A DNA stretch of 64,000 nt from Cyanophora paradoxa CCMP329. Its lineage: Eukaryota > Plantae > Glaucophyta. Below, in pieces: positions 1 to 11,066 of the stretch. The translations under genes and the position numbers were made by a program. Position 1 is the stretch's first letter; each line of letters starts with the position of its first letter. The stretch is taken from positions 1 to 64,000 of the forward strand of contig QPMI01000236.1 in assembly GCA_004431415.1 (NCBI GenBank), in the 5' to 3' direction. The notes beneath the pieces were generated by a model. It saw nothing but the letters and a program-made list of their open reading frames with translations. It was not told where the DNA came from and ran no database searches.

Positions 1-222
1 TATGGGCGAAATCTGTGATCTGATCTTTGGTGTGAGTATGGGCAAAATCTGTGATTTGCGCTTTTGTGGAGTATGGGCGAAATCTGTTATTGGTCTTTTG
101 TGTGAGTATGGGCGAAATCTGTTATTTGGTCTTTTGGTGTGGAGTATGGGCAAAAAAATGTAATCTGGGCTTTTGTGTGAGTATGGGCAAAATCTGTAAT
201 CTGGGCTTTTGTGTGAGTGTGA
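1..222 (-). repeat. 36-bp coding tandem repeat (HTHTKAQITDFA, phage-tail-repeat-like)
   Basis: About 6 copies of gtatgggcaaaatctgtaatctgggcttttgtgtga; reads as a 12-aa HxH repeat on the minus strand. Confidence 0.9.
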
Positions 223-3200
223 TTTTGAATCCAACCTTGAACCACATTAGAGGTTGGATGATGTGGTAAATTTGCATTGCTTGTACTGTAAGGTAATCTA
301 TTACAGTTATCAGGTGAGGTTATTTTTAATCCTCTGTAAATATTCAGAGTCTGGGTATGAGTGAATCCATATTTTTGTTGAATGTAATACCTCACAGCAT
401 TCTTTTCAGAAGTTGTCAAAGCCCTATTGAAAACAATCAACTCGGAAATACCACCATTCACAATATTACCAAATCCGAAATGATTGACAGTATTATCTGG
501 TAGATAATTCGTTCCTACAAGTGTTGAATATCTTACTCATTTAACCCGACTGTGTAGCTGTTGGGAGTAATGTTTGGTCAGTGTAATACCATGTATTTAT
601 TAAAGAAGAACCGTAATAACTGGGCGGTTTGGGATACTCCATTAATAGTAAACTGGTTCATTCCAATAGCAGTAGAAGATGTTGCCCCATAATAACAATA
701 TCGTGATGGAGAGGCGCTTCTGTAAAGTCTCAAATGAACTTGCATAGAAGAGGTAGTTGGATGATATTTCCCACAAAGAAAAATGTAAGCCCATTTGAGA
801 AATCAATAGTTCTTGCAGCAAGGTATATGCATAAAAAGTGCCTGTTGGGTTTGAAACACTAATTTGGTTGTTGATTTCGGGATTGGTGTAATAGGAACTG
901 GCTCCGGAGATAAACATGTCTGGAACAACTGAATTTGGGACTCTACTTATTATAGTTGTAAACATTGCTGATTGACCTGGTTGTCCTGATGCCTCCAAGC
1001 AAAAATGCAATTGAGATATTTAATGCTGGATCAAAGCTTGCTGGGACATCATACCATTCTCTGTAAAGTTGATTTATGGTATTAAAATTACATGAACCAA
1101 CCGTAAGAATTCCATTCACTTTTAGGTTGCTGGTCTCTATGTTGCTACTGTAAATATTACTATTACCGTAAGATCTCCTGTGATTGTCCACCAACAAGCG
1201 GGAGATATTTGATAATTCCACCGCAAGTTCAGGTTTTGTTACATAATTTCCAAGCATCGCAAGAGTTACGAAATTAACGAGAATTACAGCCGTTAGGTAA
1301 TCCTCTGTGACCACTCTCGAAATAGTCTCATTGTGATATTCTTTGCAGCCATCTCTGATTGGCTTCCAGAACCCCACCATAGTTTGTTTTAATCCATGCA
1401 AGCTCTGCCCTCCCATAGTTATCATTTGCAGTTCCACTATGGAATGTAGAATATTTATCTCGACTGAATACTATCATTGGTCTTGAGCCATCTAAGCTGC
1501 TTACATCTGCTACATGAACCTGTATAGCAGAGTTGTAATTTTGTAGGTTGCTGGGTCTGTTGGGACTCTGAATGTATCTGTGGGAATGTCAGCCTCCATG
1601 TAGCTTGACACAAAGATATTTGGTATGGTTGCTCCTGGTGGTGGTGGGGTTTCAAAAGAGCCTGGTAATGTCCTAATATGAAGTGGTCCTCTCATAGCTG
1701 AATTCGCAAGTGTCCCATTCACATGTACATAGTGTTCATTCAAAAGATTCTTTCAGGGACATTGCAAGTCTGGTAAAGAGAAACCCCAAGTTATCAAGAG
1801 GCTCTACCTTTGCAAATTCTGGTTGGTCATTGATCTCATCCCAAATATGTTCATGTTTGCTTGGTGGGAACTCAGTAGGTATCCCATCAATTTCACCCCA
1901 ATCATGCCTGTGATCCTCTGGTGGATACTTTTGAGGTTTGCCTAAGATCTCATCCCAATCATGATTGTGATCCTCTGGGGATACTTTGCAGGTTTATTAT
2001 TAATTTGTTCATAATCAGGAAAGAACTCCCAGATCTCAGGTCGAAATCCATCTGGTAATAATTCCTCATGGGTTCATAAGGTTGCTCATAGTCAACAACT
2101 GGTGGATCATGACCATCTGGTAAATACTCCTCATCAGGTTCATAGTTCTGCTCATACTCATACTCTTGAGGATCTAAGCCATCTGGTAGTATCTCCTCCT
2201 CATTGGGTCATACTGATCATATTCATATTCTTGTGGGTCAAAACCATCTGGTAAATACTCCTCCTCATCTGGAACGAATTGATATTCATCAAGCTCTAAA
2301 ATATCGACTTCAGGAGGTAAATACTGCTCATCTATTTGCTTTCTGGGTTCAATTATCGGTTTATTGCGAACTTGCTCCCAACTAACAATATGCTGCCCAA
2401 AGGCTACATCTTCAGTTGCTGTGTATTCTCTCCAGGCTGCTTCTTTGGTGTTAAATCGGTGATCCCATGGAAGAGGGAAGGGAACTGGACAGGTCCATAA
2501 TACTCAAAGATCTCTCTTATGGTCTTCTCACTTACAAGCTTCTCACCATTTGCATACACATTACTGCCATGGATATTTCGCCATTGCCTGGTTCGAATTC
2601 CAAGGTCTTTCACATTGCTATACAAAGGCAAAAGGTGCCTATCCATTTCGACTAAATCAGGATGTAAATGGATTGCTACTGGTTGACTGGGGCTACTGTT
2701 GATTGTAATTGATGGCTTTTTTTGATGGACATCTTTTGGAGTAAAGAACCCAAAAGGCTCATTCTTGCAAAGTCATATGTAATATCCTTTGGTAGACATC
2801 ATTTGTGTAGGAGACCTGATTTGTGTTGGCAATGGGACCCACTTGCAATACTTGGGGGACCTCAGCTTTTGCAGTGCTGCCCTCATTGTAAATTCGCAAA
2901 GCTGTGTTCTGTTTGCCCTGCTCATCTTGAACATTGAAAATCATCGACCACTATCGAACCTGGAAGGTATATCTGGTGAGTGCCACTGGTTTTTAGTTTC
3001 CTAGGTCTCCTTCTTGTTGCTTTGATCTCTGCCACTTGGTTTGCTTTCACATTACCCAAACTAAAAGCAACACTGACCTCCTCTTTATCTGGATCGGTTT
3101 GATTCACAGATAAAGCATGCTCCCTTGATTGAGTCTTTGATGAATTATCAGAGCTGTGGTCAATCGAAACTGAACCCTTTACTTTAATATTATCAAAGTT

Positions 3201-3268
3201 CACATGCTTGGTGCTGCTTGCATTATCATCTTGAATGGTTTCTAGATTGGGTGGTAATTGAAGCTCAT
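1..3268 (-). CDS. Putative virion fibre / receptor-binding protein locus (frameshifted, possibly more than one gene; runs off window start)
   Basis: Chain of same-strand ORF fragments (2922-3320, 2759-2944, 2404-2646, 1510-1743, 943-1437, 642-1010, 87-461). Motifs: KDLGIRTRQWRNIH, LGNYVTKPEL, HxHxWxEIxGKP repeats, LamG-like end GISELIVFNRALTTSEKNAVRYYIQQKYG, and HTHTKAQITDFA repeats. Likely ATG at 3268. Confidence 0.65.
1830..2010 (-). repeat. 54-bp coding repeat (KYPPEDHxHDWxEIxGKP)
   Basis: Minus-strand translation: KYPPEDHNHDWDEILGKPQKYPPEDHRHDWGEIDGIPTEFPPSKHEHIWDEINDQP. Confidence 0.8.
2040..2330 (-). repeat. Acidic coding repeat (EEYLPDGxDPQEYEYxQ, about 22 aa)
   Basis: Four recurrences of ccatctggta at about 66-bp spacing; Glu/Asp/Tyr/Pro-rich translation. 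Confidence 0.75.
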
Positions 3269-3310
3269 GGCTTTTACTATATGGATTTATAAAATTCTGA
3301 TAAGTAAAAG

Positions 3311-4859
3311 ATGCTCTCAAGGTCGTTTTAAGTCTTTCTGGCGGGGGTGCAAGGGCATTATCATAACCAGGCTGCTAAAAGAAATCGAAAATCGAACTGG
3401 CAGAAGAGTAATCGATCTTGTGGATCTTGTAAGTGGAACTTCCACTGGTGGGATCATTGCAATAGGTTTGAATATCAGGCATCCTGATAAACCAGGTGAA
3501 CCTAAACTGACAGCAAACGATTTACACAATATTTACCTAACTCAACTGCCCTTGATTTTCGCAAATCCTCGAAATATCATCGAAAATGCCCTTTTTAATA
3601 CAAAATATGATGTGGGACCTTGGAGACTGCAATTAATTCAGTTACTGGTGAATCACTAATACAGGATTCCCTAAAGGACATTGTGATTACATCCTTTGAT
3701 ACTCAGAATATGAAACCAATATTTATCACAAATGACAACAACTACAACTTTATGCCTTGTAAGATTGCTGCTAGGGCTACTTCTGCTGCTCCTACATATT
3801 TCTCTCCTGTAAGCATTGTTGATTTCAATCGGGGAGTATTTGTCTGTCTCATTGATGGTGCCATTTCGGGAAACAATAATCCCAGTGTGTGTGGTTACAG
3901 CCATGCAAAGAAGATTTACAGTGATGATGATGATATAATAGTAATAAGTATCTCTTGTGGTGAGGTGGACCCACATTTAGAGTCTGATTATGTGGGTTAT
4001 GCTTATGAGACTGTGAACAGCTGGGGAATTCTCTCATGGATTGCCTCAACAGATGGAAGCCCATTGATTAACATGCTCATGGCTGCAAGTGAGCTTTCTG
4101 CCCTTGATAAGATGGAGGAGTTGTTACCCTACAACTATGATCAAGATTATGGTAGATACTATAGGCTATCGGTCCCTCTTCCAAACCATATAGTTAGCTC
4201 CTTGATGACACTTCTAAAATCCCAGATATGCTTTCTTTCACAGAAACCTACATTGCAGCAAACAATGATATGATCAATAAGCTTTGCAGCCTACTAGTAG
4301 CAAACTATGAACTAAAGAACCCTTCAAAGGCTTACATTTCATCCACTCTCACTACATCACCACCTTTGGATGCTAATTGGTATCAGCTTGCAGATGATGC
4401 CTTCACTGCCTCATCCTCTGTGACAGGTAAAGAGCCTTTCATGGCTAGACCTTCAGCATTTGGCTGGGAAGCTGGAGCCTATGCTCCTGAGCAGATATGG
4501 GAAACCCCACTGAATACCTTCAAGTTGCTTTCCCATACACTTTTGAACTCTCCTCTGTGATTGCCTATGGCTCAGGGGACACCAATGCTTTTATTAAGAC
4601 TTTCAATGTGGCAACATCCACTGATGGGATCAACTGGTCTTTTATTCGATCAGATGGCAAAACAAAATATATGTCTGTGAGAACATTAACAATGCTCACA
4701 ACTCTGGTGATGTGGCTCTATTGAGTGGGTTCCCTCTCAGCATCAAGGATGCTTTTTACATAGGTTTTTCTCTCAGAATTAAATATATTCGCATTTATCC
4801 CTTGTGTATGTGAATGCTCCACAATGAGAGTTGACTTTACAGGTGCCTTTATTCGATAA
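3311..4859 (+). CDS. Patatin-like phospholipase fused to C-terminal F5/8 type C (discoidin) domain (frameshifted)
   Basis: VLSLSGGGAR oxyanion loop, GTSTG nucleophile, ATSAAPTYF and LIDGA catalytic Asp. These are followed by EYLQVAF...IAYG...FNVATSTDGINW...KYIRIYP...MRVDF, typical of discoidin domains. Joins ORFs 3258-3659, 3620-4273, 4228-4560 and 4497-4724. Confidence 0.88.
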
Positions 4860-5779
4860 ACTCCAACTGAAAAGAATTATCGATTCCATTCATATCAATC
4901 AGTTCACCAAAGTAATCTTTAAACTCCACAGTGAGTTCCCTTATCACCAGGTTTCTGTCATTTATCTGAATGAATTCTGCATGTTCACCACTATGGTAAA
5001 CATAGCCACCTATATCCTTACTCAATTGCAATCTAAGGATTGCCCCTGGTTATGTGGTTGCGATTTCGGAATTATATTGTGTCTGCTGGCAAAAGGGGCA
5101 AGCTCTTTAATATGCATGTACAGATACTGCTCAGCATTCATATCAGACATCTTATTACTGGTGAAATAATACTGCAAGGGCTTTGAGGAGAGTCTGGGTC
5201 CTGAAAAGGTGGTTCCCCATGCTGGGTGATCAGGTGTAATAGGTTTGCCATCATACTTTAACAGGTTCTCAGGTCGATAGGGTGATCCACCAACAGGAGG
5301 AGTGCTATAATACCCATTGGTGTATTCAGTAGAACTCACACCCAAAAGCTTCCCTATTCTCTGGTTGCTTGCAATAAAACGAAACTCATGGTTGCTGTAA
5401 AACTCCACTTTATAGGTAGTTGGGTTATAGAATATCTTGAACTCAAAAGCTACTGTTTTGCCTGCAATGGTTTGGAAGCTTGAATAGTTCAGCCCATAAT
5501 TATAAGGGTGTGTTACCCCAAAATGACCCTGATTGATGTAGCCACTGGGAAGGGATACACTTGTTGTGTGATCACTTGGTTATATGAACCATCTTGGTAA
5601 TTAAACTGAACTGTTAGATGATCAGTTCCCACACTGTTATAGATGCTGTTTGGAATCTCTGCATATAGAACCCTGCATTCCCTTGGTCTCTCTACTGGAG
5701 TTGTGAGGGTGACCCTGTAAGAGTTTTCATTTTGTCCTTGGCTTCTATCCCTGCTATCAATATTAACGAGCCGGTTCAT
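4849..5779 (-). CDS. Minor capsid protein (penton) 1 (frameshifted)
   Basis: N-terminal VNIDSRDR...YRVTL...LYAEIPNSIYN and C-terminal YLYMHIKEL...ELTVEFKDYFGELIDMNGIDNSFQLEF, characteristic of PLV/NCLDV single-jelly-roll pentons. Confidence 0.8.
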
Positions 5780-5808
5780 TTTAATATATAAATATAGATA
5801 AAAGAAGA

Positions 5809-6813
5809 ATGCCTGTGGATTACATCGAGGTTAGCTCATTTAATACAATCTCTGGTGATGGTCCCACATCAAGCTTTGTGGCTAGACTCCCAGTAGTTAT
5901 GAGAATGTGAGGGCTGTGAGACTGGTCTCAGCCGAATTTTATAACAGTATCCCTATGGTGAGTGGTGAAACAAAGCAGGAGATGTGACAGTTGACAATGC
6001 ATTTAGCATTTATTATTCTGAACAAACTCCTGGAGCTGGAAGCTCAGGAATTCCAACAGTTCGCCCAGCTGCTGACTATGAACAATGGAAACAATTCATT
6101 ATAAGTCGAAACACCCCATCCAAAGCCACCAGCAACTGGTGAATGTAATTAACTCTAAATTCGAAGGCAGAAATCCCCAACCATCCATTCGCTGCAAATG
6201 GGATGAATCACTGAAACGAATTATATTCCACTCAGCAGTACCATTTTACTTGGCTTTCTCAGTAGCTGTGAACCCAAGCCAACAAACAATCCAAAAGCTG
6301 TTGAGTTCAGCTAGACTGCTGGGTCTTGATCCTGGAAGATATGGTAACTCCCAATCCAATCACAGGTCTATGATGCTCTCACTGATGGAATCTTTACTGG
6401 TGGTCGCGTGAATGGCATTATATCTTCTTTTGAGCCTGAGAAGACCAGGGACAGTGTTTTGTTTGTGAGAGTAAAGGAGCTGGTGATCTGGTGCAATGTG
6501 GGGATGGTCTTCTGACTGGTTACTTTCACAAAATAGTGGTCCCTGATAAAGACTATGGTGAGCATGTTGTTTACAATTCAACAGAAGCTCACCCACTTTA
6601 CAAATACTATAATAAAAAGGTTGGATTATCCACTTTCTCGGTTGATATTGTAAATGCTATTAATGAACCAATTGATTTTGAGGGTCAACCTGTTCATCTT
6701 ACCTTTGAAATTCGCTATGGTGATGAGCCAGCTGGGACCCAGTTTATGAATACTTCAAGATGCGAATGTCACAGCTTCACCCTTCCTATCCAGTTATTAC
6801 AAACTTCGCATAA
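5809..6813 (+). CDS. Minor capsid protein (penton) 2 (frameshifted; end approximate)
   Basis: MPVDYIEVSS...SFVARLP..YENVRAVRLVSAEFYNS and C-terminal LFVRVKEL...FSVDIVNAINEPIDFEGQPVHLTFEI, paralogous in pattern to penton 1. Lies directly upstream of the MCP. Confidence 0.72.
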
Positions 6814-6866
6814 ATTAAGGATCATTGGTAGATTTTTTATGTTGCAGTATAATAAAAGAGAATATA

Positions 6867-8236
6867 ATGGATATCACTTCCACTCTTCAAAGACTTTCGC
6901 TGAAAGAAGCCCTAACAACCCCAGAAGAGGCGAAAGCCTTTTTCCTGGATAACTCCCTTATGCTTGGTCTCGAATCCAAATCTAAGCCAGTTCTAGTTGT
7001 TGTGAATCCCAGCAATACTTTTGAGAATAATGTTGGAAATCGCATTTCCTTCAAGCTACCTCGCTACAATTTCTGTGGAAAACTCGAACTTGCTTTCGAC
7101 CTTCCAGCCATCACGTTTGCTGGTGATACTGACCTAGTTCGCAATGGATACACTCGCCCAGTTGGTGCTTTAGTTCAGCGACTTGAAATTACCTATGGAT
7201 CTTACACCTACCATATTCCATCTGATTTCCTTGCTCATTTCCCCCTGGTCTATTATTCGGAGGATCAACTAGCTAAAAAGAAGCGATCAATGGGCATGGT
7301 TCATGGCATCCCTGCTCATGGAACCAACCGCCTTGGTGGCTCATTCTTTGTTGAAATCCCTGTGCCTTGGCTAAATCACTACCTTCCCCTTGGTGCTTTA
7401 TCTGGTGAAATGGTTGTTACTGTTTGGTTTAAGGATGCTGGAAAGGGTTATGTTGAAACTTCCTATGGTGGTCGCTCTCTCCCTGTTGTTGGTGGGACAG
7501 TTGCTGATAAGACAGAAGATGATGGTCTTGGTGATACTGCTAATGCCACACTTGCCCATGTTGGTCAAAATATCACAACTTTCAGTCTTGGTGCAACAAC
7601 TCCTGTTATTTCTATTACTTCTCCTCGCCTTTACATGCATGCTATTAATGTTTCTGATGAGCTTTTCGCTACTGTCATTGAAAAGGTTAAGACAACTGGC
7701 ATGGCTATTCCCTCCCTTGATATTGGATTTGTAGATGCTAGTGCTTTCCCTGCCAAGGGCAATGCCCAACCCAATCGAATTAACCTCTCTCAAATCTCAG
7801 GTCTTGTATATGCTCTGCTTGTTTCAGTTCGTGATCATGAAACTGTTGACAAATCCAATGGCTCCACAGTGTTCTTAAGACCTATGCCAACTCCAAAGAC
7901 ATAACATTTACAACTGAAATAAATGGTCAGCGACTTTTTGCCACTGAGCCAATTTCCCTACTCAAAGGTGCTGAGCTAATTGCTGATGCCTTCAAATGCT
8001 CTAACATGGATAAGGTTGCTGATCGCTATGTCCTCTCAGGACTCCCATTCTGTCTTGATGGAGAAAAGGCAATTCGAAATATTGCCCAGTCTGGTTATGT
8101 TGATTTAACAAATTCCTCTTCTTCCTTCCTCACCCTCTACATGCCCTCAGATAAGGTAATCGATGTTAATGTTCGCGCTCTCATGCATAGCTTTATTATT
8201 GTCGACAAAGATGGTTTACGCAGAATTAATTTATAG
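6867..8236 (+). CDS. Major capsid protein, double jelly-roll (frameshift near 7890-7920)
   Basis: About 455 aa, beta-rich. Motifs RISFKLPR..FCGKLELAFDLPAI, ALVQRLEITYG, FFVEIPVPW..YLPLGAL...VTVWF and SGYVDL. Positioned between penton and packaging ATPase. Joins ORFs 6825-7904 and 8006-8236. Confidence 0.82.
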
Positions 8237-8301
8237 ATTGTTACGATTTTCAGTCTCCCTGCATTATTTTTATATGTCTTTATTAAGAAAGATATACAAC
8301 A

Positions 8302-9084
8302 ATGACTGATTTGGATGAATTTGTGGCTGGTGAAATGATAGAACCACCATTTCGTGTATTGGCAATAGGAAAATCAGCAACTGGTAAATCAGAAGCTGTA
8401 AAGTATTGGTTAAAGCAATTACATGATGCCAAAAAGATTGATGTTGTATTAGTTGTGAGTGGAACCAGCTTCAATCATTTCTGGGATAAAGTGGCAACAC
8501 TGCAACTGGGAAAATGGGATGCCCCTTACATTGCTAAATTGCTAGATGAGAGGCAAGAGAAAATAGAGAAAGGTGAACCTGTTAACCAATTGTGTGTGGT
8601 TTTAGATGATTTAATCGATAATGAGATAGTCGATCTCACAAGGGATAAAATAATCGGATCTCTGTATTCCAGAGGTCGCCATTCGAAAATATCCATTATC
8701 TGCATCACACAAAAGCTAAGAAAAGTCTCTTCGACTATTCGAGTAAATTCGGATTATGCAATGTTTCTAAGTGCTGCAAATCGCAAAGAACTGGAAGCCA
8801 TAGAGGAAGAATACAATATAATGCGAAATAAAGAGGATTTCTACAAGATGTTTGAAGAGTATGTTCACTCCTATCAGTATATCATTTGGTCCTCTGCAAA
8901 CTACTCAGTTAAATACTATGTAGATAAAGCTGAGCTTGTGAAAGATTTCCCATTTCCTCGCTTCCACAGGAAGCCAAAAAAGAAAGAAGATGAACTGAAA
9001 CCACCAGAGAAAGAGGAAGCCCCCAAAGAAGTGAAAAGCCAAGTCCATAGCAATAAATTGATGCGATATAAACGCGGTTTATAA
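8302..9084 (+). CDS. A32-like (FtsK/HerA superfamily) DNA packaging ATPase
   Basis: Walker A GKSATGKS, Walker B VVLDD, SRGRHSKISIICITQ motif, and IRVNSDY. Confidence 0.93.
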   Translation: MTDLDEFVAGEMIEPPFRVLAIGKSATGKSEAVKYWLKQLHDAKKIDVVLVVSGTSFNHFWDKVATLQLGKWDAPYIAKLLDERQEKIEKGEPVNQLCVVLDDLIDNEIVDLTRDKIIGSLYSRGRHSKISIICITQKLRKVSSTIRVNSDYAMFLSAANRKELEAIEEEYNIMRNKEDFYKMFEEYVHSYQYIIWSSANYSVKYYVDKAELVKDFPFPRFHRKPKKKEDELKPPEKEEAPKEVKSQVHSNKLMRYKRGL

Positions 9085-9112
9085 AATTATCTCTCATTCT
9101 AATAAAGATACA

Positions 9113-9847
9113 ATGCCTCCCAAACGAAAGATAGGGATCCCAGCTGGGGCTGTTGGCTATTCAGGTGGTGGAAACAATGGATCCATTAACACAGACCCAC
9201 TGAAATTCAATGGTATGAATGAAGTGAAGCCCTCTCAACAACAAGAAGACCCCCTCAATGCTGCCTATGAGGAATCATTTGATGACAAAGCCCCACAGGC
9301 TTCAACCAGTGACCAACTCAACATTTCACCTGAAGCCTCAAAGATGAAGGCTGTTGCTGAGGGAGCCAGGCGAATTATTGGTGCTGCTGATGATAAAGGT
9401 TTAGGCTTGCAAGATCTATCACTGGCTCGCAAAGGTGAGGGTCTCAGTAAAGAATCAGACAAGGTAATCCAGTCTATGGCTGGTGAAGTCACATATAAGA
9501 CTGCTCCCACTCAAAATATTCATCGAATTCCCAAGGCTCAATGGGATGAGATGACTGCTAAACTCAAAGATCTGGAAGCCAAATCAAGTGCCTTGGAGCA
9601 GTATGTTACTGAGAAGAAAGAGAGAGCCAAGCTAAAGGAGATGCTTCGAAAGGAAGTTTATAAAATGGGCATTACTGGTGTCCCAGATAAACAGTTTATT
9701 GCTAAGAAAGAGAACCAAATCGATGAGCAGGCAGTAGATGAAATGAAAACAAAGACCCAGAAGGGAACCATTGAACCTGGTGCCACTAAAGCTGAAGTAG
9801 AAAAGGGAGTAGCTCCCACAGTATATAAAAGACGAGTTTGGCTTTAA
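9113..9847 (+). CDS. Hypothetical viral protein (charged, coiled-coil; possible core protein)
   Basis: Intact 244-aa ORF, tightly packed, with the shared upstream TAATAAAG motif. Confidence 0.7.
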   Translation: MPPKRKIGIPAGAVGYSGGGNNGSINTDPLKFNGMNEVKPSQQQEDPLNAAYEESFDDKAPQASTSDQLNISPEASKMKAVAEGARRIIGAADDKGLGLQDLSLARKGEGLSKESDKVIQSMAGEVTYKTAPTQNIHRIPKAQWDEMTAKLKDLEAKSSALEQYVTEKKERAKLKEMLRKEVYKMGITGVPDKQFIAKKENQIDEQAVDEMKTKTQKGTIEPGATKAEVEKGVAPTVYKRRVWL

Positions 9848-9869
9848 TTATCTCTGTTTTATTAGAGAC

Positions 9870-10142
9870 ATGGATATAATACGAAAGTTTTTCGAGATGT
9901 TCAGTCTGCATGTGGTGAGCAATTGCCACAGTGGATGCTGTGAGACAAGAGTGGAGTTTGAGATGTCAGATACTGAGGATAATGCCTCAGAAGCAAGAGA
10001 GAGAAGGAGGTCTACGATTTCTGTGGAGTCAATGCCAGCAGACCCCACAGAGTATACATATGAGCAACAGGAGTATCCAAGGAGAAGTTCTCTGCCAGCA
10101 GAAAACGTTTTCTCTGGGAATATAAATGGAGGACACTATTAG
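9870..10142 (+). CDS. Small hypothetical viral protein with CxxxCC motif
   Basis: 90-aa ORF containing SNCHSGCCE after an amphipathic N-terminus; upstream TATTAGAG. Confidence 0.6.
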   Translation: MDIIRKFFEMFSLHVVSNCHSGCCETRVEFEMSDTEDNASEARERRRSTISVESMPADPTEYTYEQQEYPRRSSLPAENVFSGNINGGHY

Positions 10143-10371
10143 TTTAATCGAGTTTACCAGTGATGAACCTGTTACTGAGGGTTCTATTAGACACATTCTA
10201 GCAATGCAGAAACGATATAGAGAGGACCCAGCATATAGAGAGTATAAAAAGCAGCAAGCCCTGGCATCCTATTATCGCAGAAAAGCCCAAAAAGAGGAGC
10301 AGAGACCCAGAGGTAGACCAATTAAATATTATTTGCCTACTGAAAGTAGCAATGGACCCCCAGGTCTATAA
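10126..10371 (+). CDS. Small basic AT-hook DNA-binding protein
   Basis: RYREDPAYREYKKQQALASYYRRK helix followed by RPRGRP AT-hook. Confidence 0.7.
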   Translation: MEDTISLIEFTSDEPVTEGSIRHILAMQKRYREDPAYREYKKQQALASYYRRKAQKEEQRPRGRPIKYYLPTESSNGPPGL

Positions 10372-10523
10372 GATAATTGAGAAAAAGCGGTCTCAGTATG
10401 CCACTGAGGCAGCTATAAAAGTTTACAGACAGGAACTGGTGTTCGCAACAAAAAATGACTTAAGGAAAAAGTAGATAGATTGTATTGAGGAAAAATTATT
10501 TTCGTATCTACTATTAAAGAGAA

Positions 10524-10849
10524 ATGCCGAATATCCGCAAGATACTCACAGATGATGAAAAAGCAGAGAAGCTGAGACTGAAAAGGGAGCAAGATGCCCA
10601 AAGAAAACGCGAAGCCTATCATAAAAAGAAGCAGGAACGATTATCCAAGGAGCCGCTACAGTTCACACACCAGAAGAACTCAAAAAGATTGCCCTCAGAC
10701 ACCAGAGGAAATACAGGGAAAATGAAGAATATCGCGAGCAAAAAAAGGCAAAAGCGCTGGAATATTACCACAAGAAGAAAGATGAACAGCCCAAGAAACC
10801 CAAAGAGCATAAACCGGTTGGAAGACCTCGGAAATATATCGAAGAATAA
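10524..10849 (+). CDS. Small basic AT-hook-like DNA-binding protein (frameshift near 10645)
   Basis: After one frame correction it reads RKYRENEEYREQKKAKALEYYHKKK...VGRPRKYIEE*, paralogous to 10126-10371. Confidence 0.65.
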
Positions 10850-11066
10850 ATTCTCGATCGAAACAAATTTTGTAGAAATCGATTTGATCGGAGGCAAAAA
10901 AATGACAGCTTTCTTCCCTCTTTTTTAAAACTGTACCTATATATCGAGACAGTATCCCGACCCAAAACTACTTAAGGACTTGGCAAATAATAGGATATAT
11001 ATAAAAGACAATTCCTCCTTCCGAAATTATTTTCTTCGTTAAAGGTAGAAGTCCCCAAAATCGAAA

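Noticed and set aside
1-222. 36-bp repeats as a CRISPR array
   Set aside because: No unique spacers; the units are contiguous and encode a 12-aa peptide repeat.
6867-9084. Classification as a virophage (Lavidaviridae)
   Set aside because: No cysteine protease is visible and the MCP is shorter (~455 aa) than typical virophage MCPs. A PLV/Polinton assignment fits better, pending phylogeny.
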